Below are positions 61,429 through 64,000 of a stretch of 64,000 nucleotides of DNA, piece after piece. The stretch lies in NCBI GenBank assembly GCA_034439755.1, contig JAWXAZ010000140.1, positions 13,789-77,788 on the forward strand. Reading direction: 5' to 3'. This DNA comes from a bacterium. GTDB lineage: Bacteria > Bacteroidota > Bacteroidia > UKL13-3. The notes beneath the pieces were generated by a model, which was not told where the DNA came from, ran no database searches, and saw only the letters and a list, made by a program, of their open reading frames with translations. Position 1 is the stretch's first letter. Every line of letters starts with the position of its first letter. The position numbers and the translations under genes are program-made.

Positions 61429-61441
61429 TTCAAAAGCAAGA

Positions 61442-64000
61442 CTAATCAACAATAAGCTTGCGATAGGTGTAATGGTTGTTACTGCTTACTTTTAGTAGGT
61501 AAACACCCCTTCCTAACTCAGCAATATTTATTTTATGGCCAGATTCCAATTGCGTGCTTAAAACCAATTTTGCCTGCACATCATATAAAGCAATTTCTGC
61601 ATTACCTCCATTTATCCAACTCAAAGTAACCTCGTTGCTTGCAGGGTTTGGATACAACTCAAGTCCCATTGAATTTACAGATTCTTGTAAACCAGATGCC
61701 ACAACATTTACGGATATGCTAATGCTACCCAAGCAATCACTTGCCGTATAGGCATCCATCCTAATTACTTTGGCACCAGCCGATCCAAAAACATGGTTAA
61801 AAACCTTATTCGTTGTAGCAAAAGTATCACCTTCAATAAACCAATTCCTCCTTACTGTATTGCTGCTTGTATCTGTAAGTACAATTTGTAAATTGGTTTT
61901 TGAAAAGGTATAACCAACATTAGGCAATTCCGAAACATTTAAAGTAACATTATTGGTAAAAACACCACAACCAGAAATTGAATCTAATGTTTGCGCACCT
62001 ACAACTGTTCCATTCGGAAAACTGGGATCAATATTTACTGGGCCGTATCCAAAATTAGGTTTAATTCGGCTAGCAAATTCAGTTCGATTTGAACCAACAA
62101 CGTAATAATATTTCACTTTATTAATTATTGAACCTATATTATTAAAACTGAATGATATTTGATCATTCTTGCAATATTCACTTTTATCTGAGTTCAATTT
62201 GGCATTTAACCAATTCAAATTAACTACTGATATAAAAAAACTGGTATCCTTTACTGAACAACTTGCATTTGCCGAATCCATAACCAAAACCCTGTATTGA
62301 AAGTCACCTGAATTAGTTATAATATCAAAAGTATCACGCTTTAACCAAACGGTACTTAAATTAAGGGTAACATTAGTATATTTATAATATGGATTTACAG
62401 CATTTGCTGAGACCACTCTAATCATCTTATCTTTTGGAAGGCTGTTAGAACAAACATATCTTGGAGCTGTTACGGATAAAGTTAAAGGTGTGCAATTGAT
62501 ACTTATGCAGGTTTTGTTGCTATTTAATGAAAATAAACATGGAGCCCCTGTAGCATTTCTTGCAAAAGCTGTTATTTGTGTGTTTGGGTTCAAACCATTA
62601 ATTACATGGGTATTTCCTTGACTTGGGTCAAAATAAGTTTTGCCACTATCTAAACTAATTTGAGGATTATTGCCAGAAATTGTAAAAGTTATTGAGCTTG
62701 GCGTGCTTAAACCACAAGCTATGCTTGGTGCATTTGGTTTGCTAGAAATAGTGACCGCTTTCACCACAGGATCGCTGCTGCAAGTTCCGTTTGAACCTAT
62801 GATAAATATATTTGTAAAACTAGAAGTCACAGCAAATTTTCTAGTACTATTGGCACTTGAATCAATTAAGGCCGAACCAAAATAATATTTGTAATTCTGT
62901 AGGCCTGGTGTTGCTACAATTTCAATACTATCACCTATGCACAAAGTATTGCTCGAAAGTGTTGCACTCAAAGTAGGCTTGGAAGAAACCGACATAGTAA
63001 CAGCCGAACTATTGGTAAAACAATTTGCTGCTGCAGCGCTAACCCTAACAGAATATGGTCCGGCAGCACCCACCTTTATGGTTTGTGTAGTTTGGTTTCC
63101 GGGGCTCCATAAATAAGATAAATTTGTACCAGTATTAGCAGTTAAGGTTACAGAATCGCCCCCACAAATTGTTTGATTAATGGCAGGTATTATAGCTGCC
63201 GTTGGCTTGGCTACCACCTGCAATGTAAGTTGGGCATTGGTAGAAGTACCACTTGCATTTGTTGCCCTGAACCTAATGGTAAAAAAGCCAGCATTGTTAA
63301 ACTTAATTTTAGGATTCTGCAAAGTAGAACTAGCTGGACTATTACCTAAAAAATCCCAAGCATAACTTATTGGGGTATTGGTTGCAGTGCCCGTAAATTG
63401 AATTGAATCCCCAGCGCAAAACACCGCAGGAGTTGCTGGAGAAGTAATTGTAGCAACTGGCAAATTTCCACCACTAACTGTAAATGTTTTAAGATATATT
63501 ACATCACCACCCGTTCCACTATTTGAGTTGGTAGCATTTAAAGCCACATAAAATGTAACCGTTCCAACACTAGGATTAGGAGCCGTCCAATTGTAAGTCC
63601 AGCTGGTTTGTGAATTACCAGTGAGGGTATGGCCCAAATAGGTTTTTCCACCGCCACCAACCATTGCTTGGCTGCCAGTTCCAGAAGTAAAAGAACCTGC
63701 CATTGCATTGCTTGGTGAAAGTGCTATTAATTGAAAACCATTCTTGGCGGTTGCTGCTGAGCCGGCATTCAAGGTAAGAGAATAATTGGTTCCTGATGCA
63801 TAGCCTCCACTTGGCAAACCGGTTAATGAAATTGCATCAAAAGCCGAACCAGAAGTGACTGCAGTTCCAGCGTGGCAATTTGTACAATTGCCTTCGCTAG
63901 GAGCGCCGGTTAAACCTGCCGATGGTCCGCCTGAGTTAGTATAGGTTACAGTTGATAATCCAACCAAAATGGCTAAAAATGCAAATTTCAGCCAAACACG
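61442..64000 (-). CDS. large T9SS-sorted multidomain surface protein (N-terminal CxxCH domain, PKD/Ig-like repeats, T9SS C-terminal domain); 5' end outside the window
   Basis: The frame stays open to position 64000 (…RVWLKFAFLAILVGLS is a signal-peptide core), so the start codon lies beyond the window. It has a PKD-like YAWDFLGN domain, repeated CxGDSxxL Ig-like modules, and a C-terminal LELYPNPASNEVTL...GVYLLKV sorting domain. Confidence 0.75.
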   Translation of the reverse strand, partial: RVWLKFAFLAILVGLSTVTYTNSGGPSAGLTGAPSEGNCTNCHAGTAVTSGSAFDAISLTGLPSGGYASGTNYSLTLNAGSAATAKNGFQLIALSPSNAMAGSFTSGTGSQAMVGGGGKTYLGHTLTGNSQTSWTYNWTAPNPSVGTVTFYVALNATNSNSGTGGDVIYLKTFTVSGGNLPVATITSPATPAVFCAGDSIQFTGTATNTPISYAWDFLGNSPASSTLQNPKIKFNNAGFFTIRFRATNASGTSTNAQLTLQVVAKPTAAIIPAINQTICGGDSVTLTANTGTNLSYLWSPGNQTTQTIKVGAAGPYSVRVSAAAANCFTNSSAVTMSVSSKPTLSATLSSNTLCIGDSIEIVATPGLQNYKYYFGSALIDSSANSTRKFAVTSSFTNIFIIGSNGTCSSDPVVKAVTISSKPNAPSIACGLSTPSSITFTISGNNPQISLDSGKTYFDPSQGNTHVINGLNPNTQITAFARNATGAPCLFSLNSNKTCISINCTPLTLSVTAPRYVCSNSLPKDKMIRVVSANAVNPYYKYTNVTLNLSTVWLKRDTFDIITNSGDFQYRVLVMDSANASCSVKDTSFFISVVNLNWLNAKLNSDKSEYCKNDQISFSFNNIGSIINKVKYYYVVGSNRTEFASRIKPNFGYGPVNIDPSFPNGTVVGAQTLDSISGCGVFTNNVTLNVSELPNVGYTFSKTNLQIVLTDTSSNTVRRNWFIEGDTFATTNKVFNHVFGSAGAKVIRMDAYTASDCLGSISISVNVVASGLQESVNSMGLELYPNPASNEVTLSWINGGNAEIALYDVQAKLVLSTQLESGHKINIAELGRGVYLLKVSSNNHYTYRKLIVD

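Overview
AT-rich chromosomal segment of a Bacteroidota genome. The assignment rests on two cargo proteins with type IX secretion (T9SS) C-terminal sorting domains, a PorV/PorQ-family barrel, TAnnTTTG-type promoter boxes, and Bacteroidota-style YidC and TonB-receptor architecture. About 58 tightly packed protein-coding genes are present, mostly housekeeping: lipA, lpxK, engB, aroE, rnhB, tyrS, yidC, pyrG, nnr, rlmN, ribD, pruA, panB and dnaK. Convergent genes often share or overlap stop codons. I found no rRNA, tRNA, CRISPR array, transposase or integrase. Six things are not explained by ordinary annotation. (1) aroE carries an in-frame 15-bp minisatellite encoding about 22 pentapeptide-type repeats directly in front of its catalytic NVTxPxK motif. 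(2) A ~65-bp tandem repeat (about 4.8 copies) fills the divergent promoter region between a DUF3109 gene and rlmN, and re-copies the DUF3109 start-codon context plus a perfect -7 promoter box. (3) A vWA / MoxR-like AAA+ / truncated AMP-nucleosidase operon sits between an intact PIN toxin-antitoxin pair and a secreted EEP nuclease. (4) A 38-bp perfect palindrome lies between the TonB receptor and aroE. (5) Two ORF-free AT-rich gaps are present, one with what looks like a decayed second PIN toxin-antitoxin pair. (6) A large T9SS adhesin-like protein has an N-terminal CxxCH-containing domain and runs off the window end. Functional calls come from motif recognition by eye. No database search was possible.
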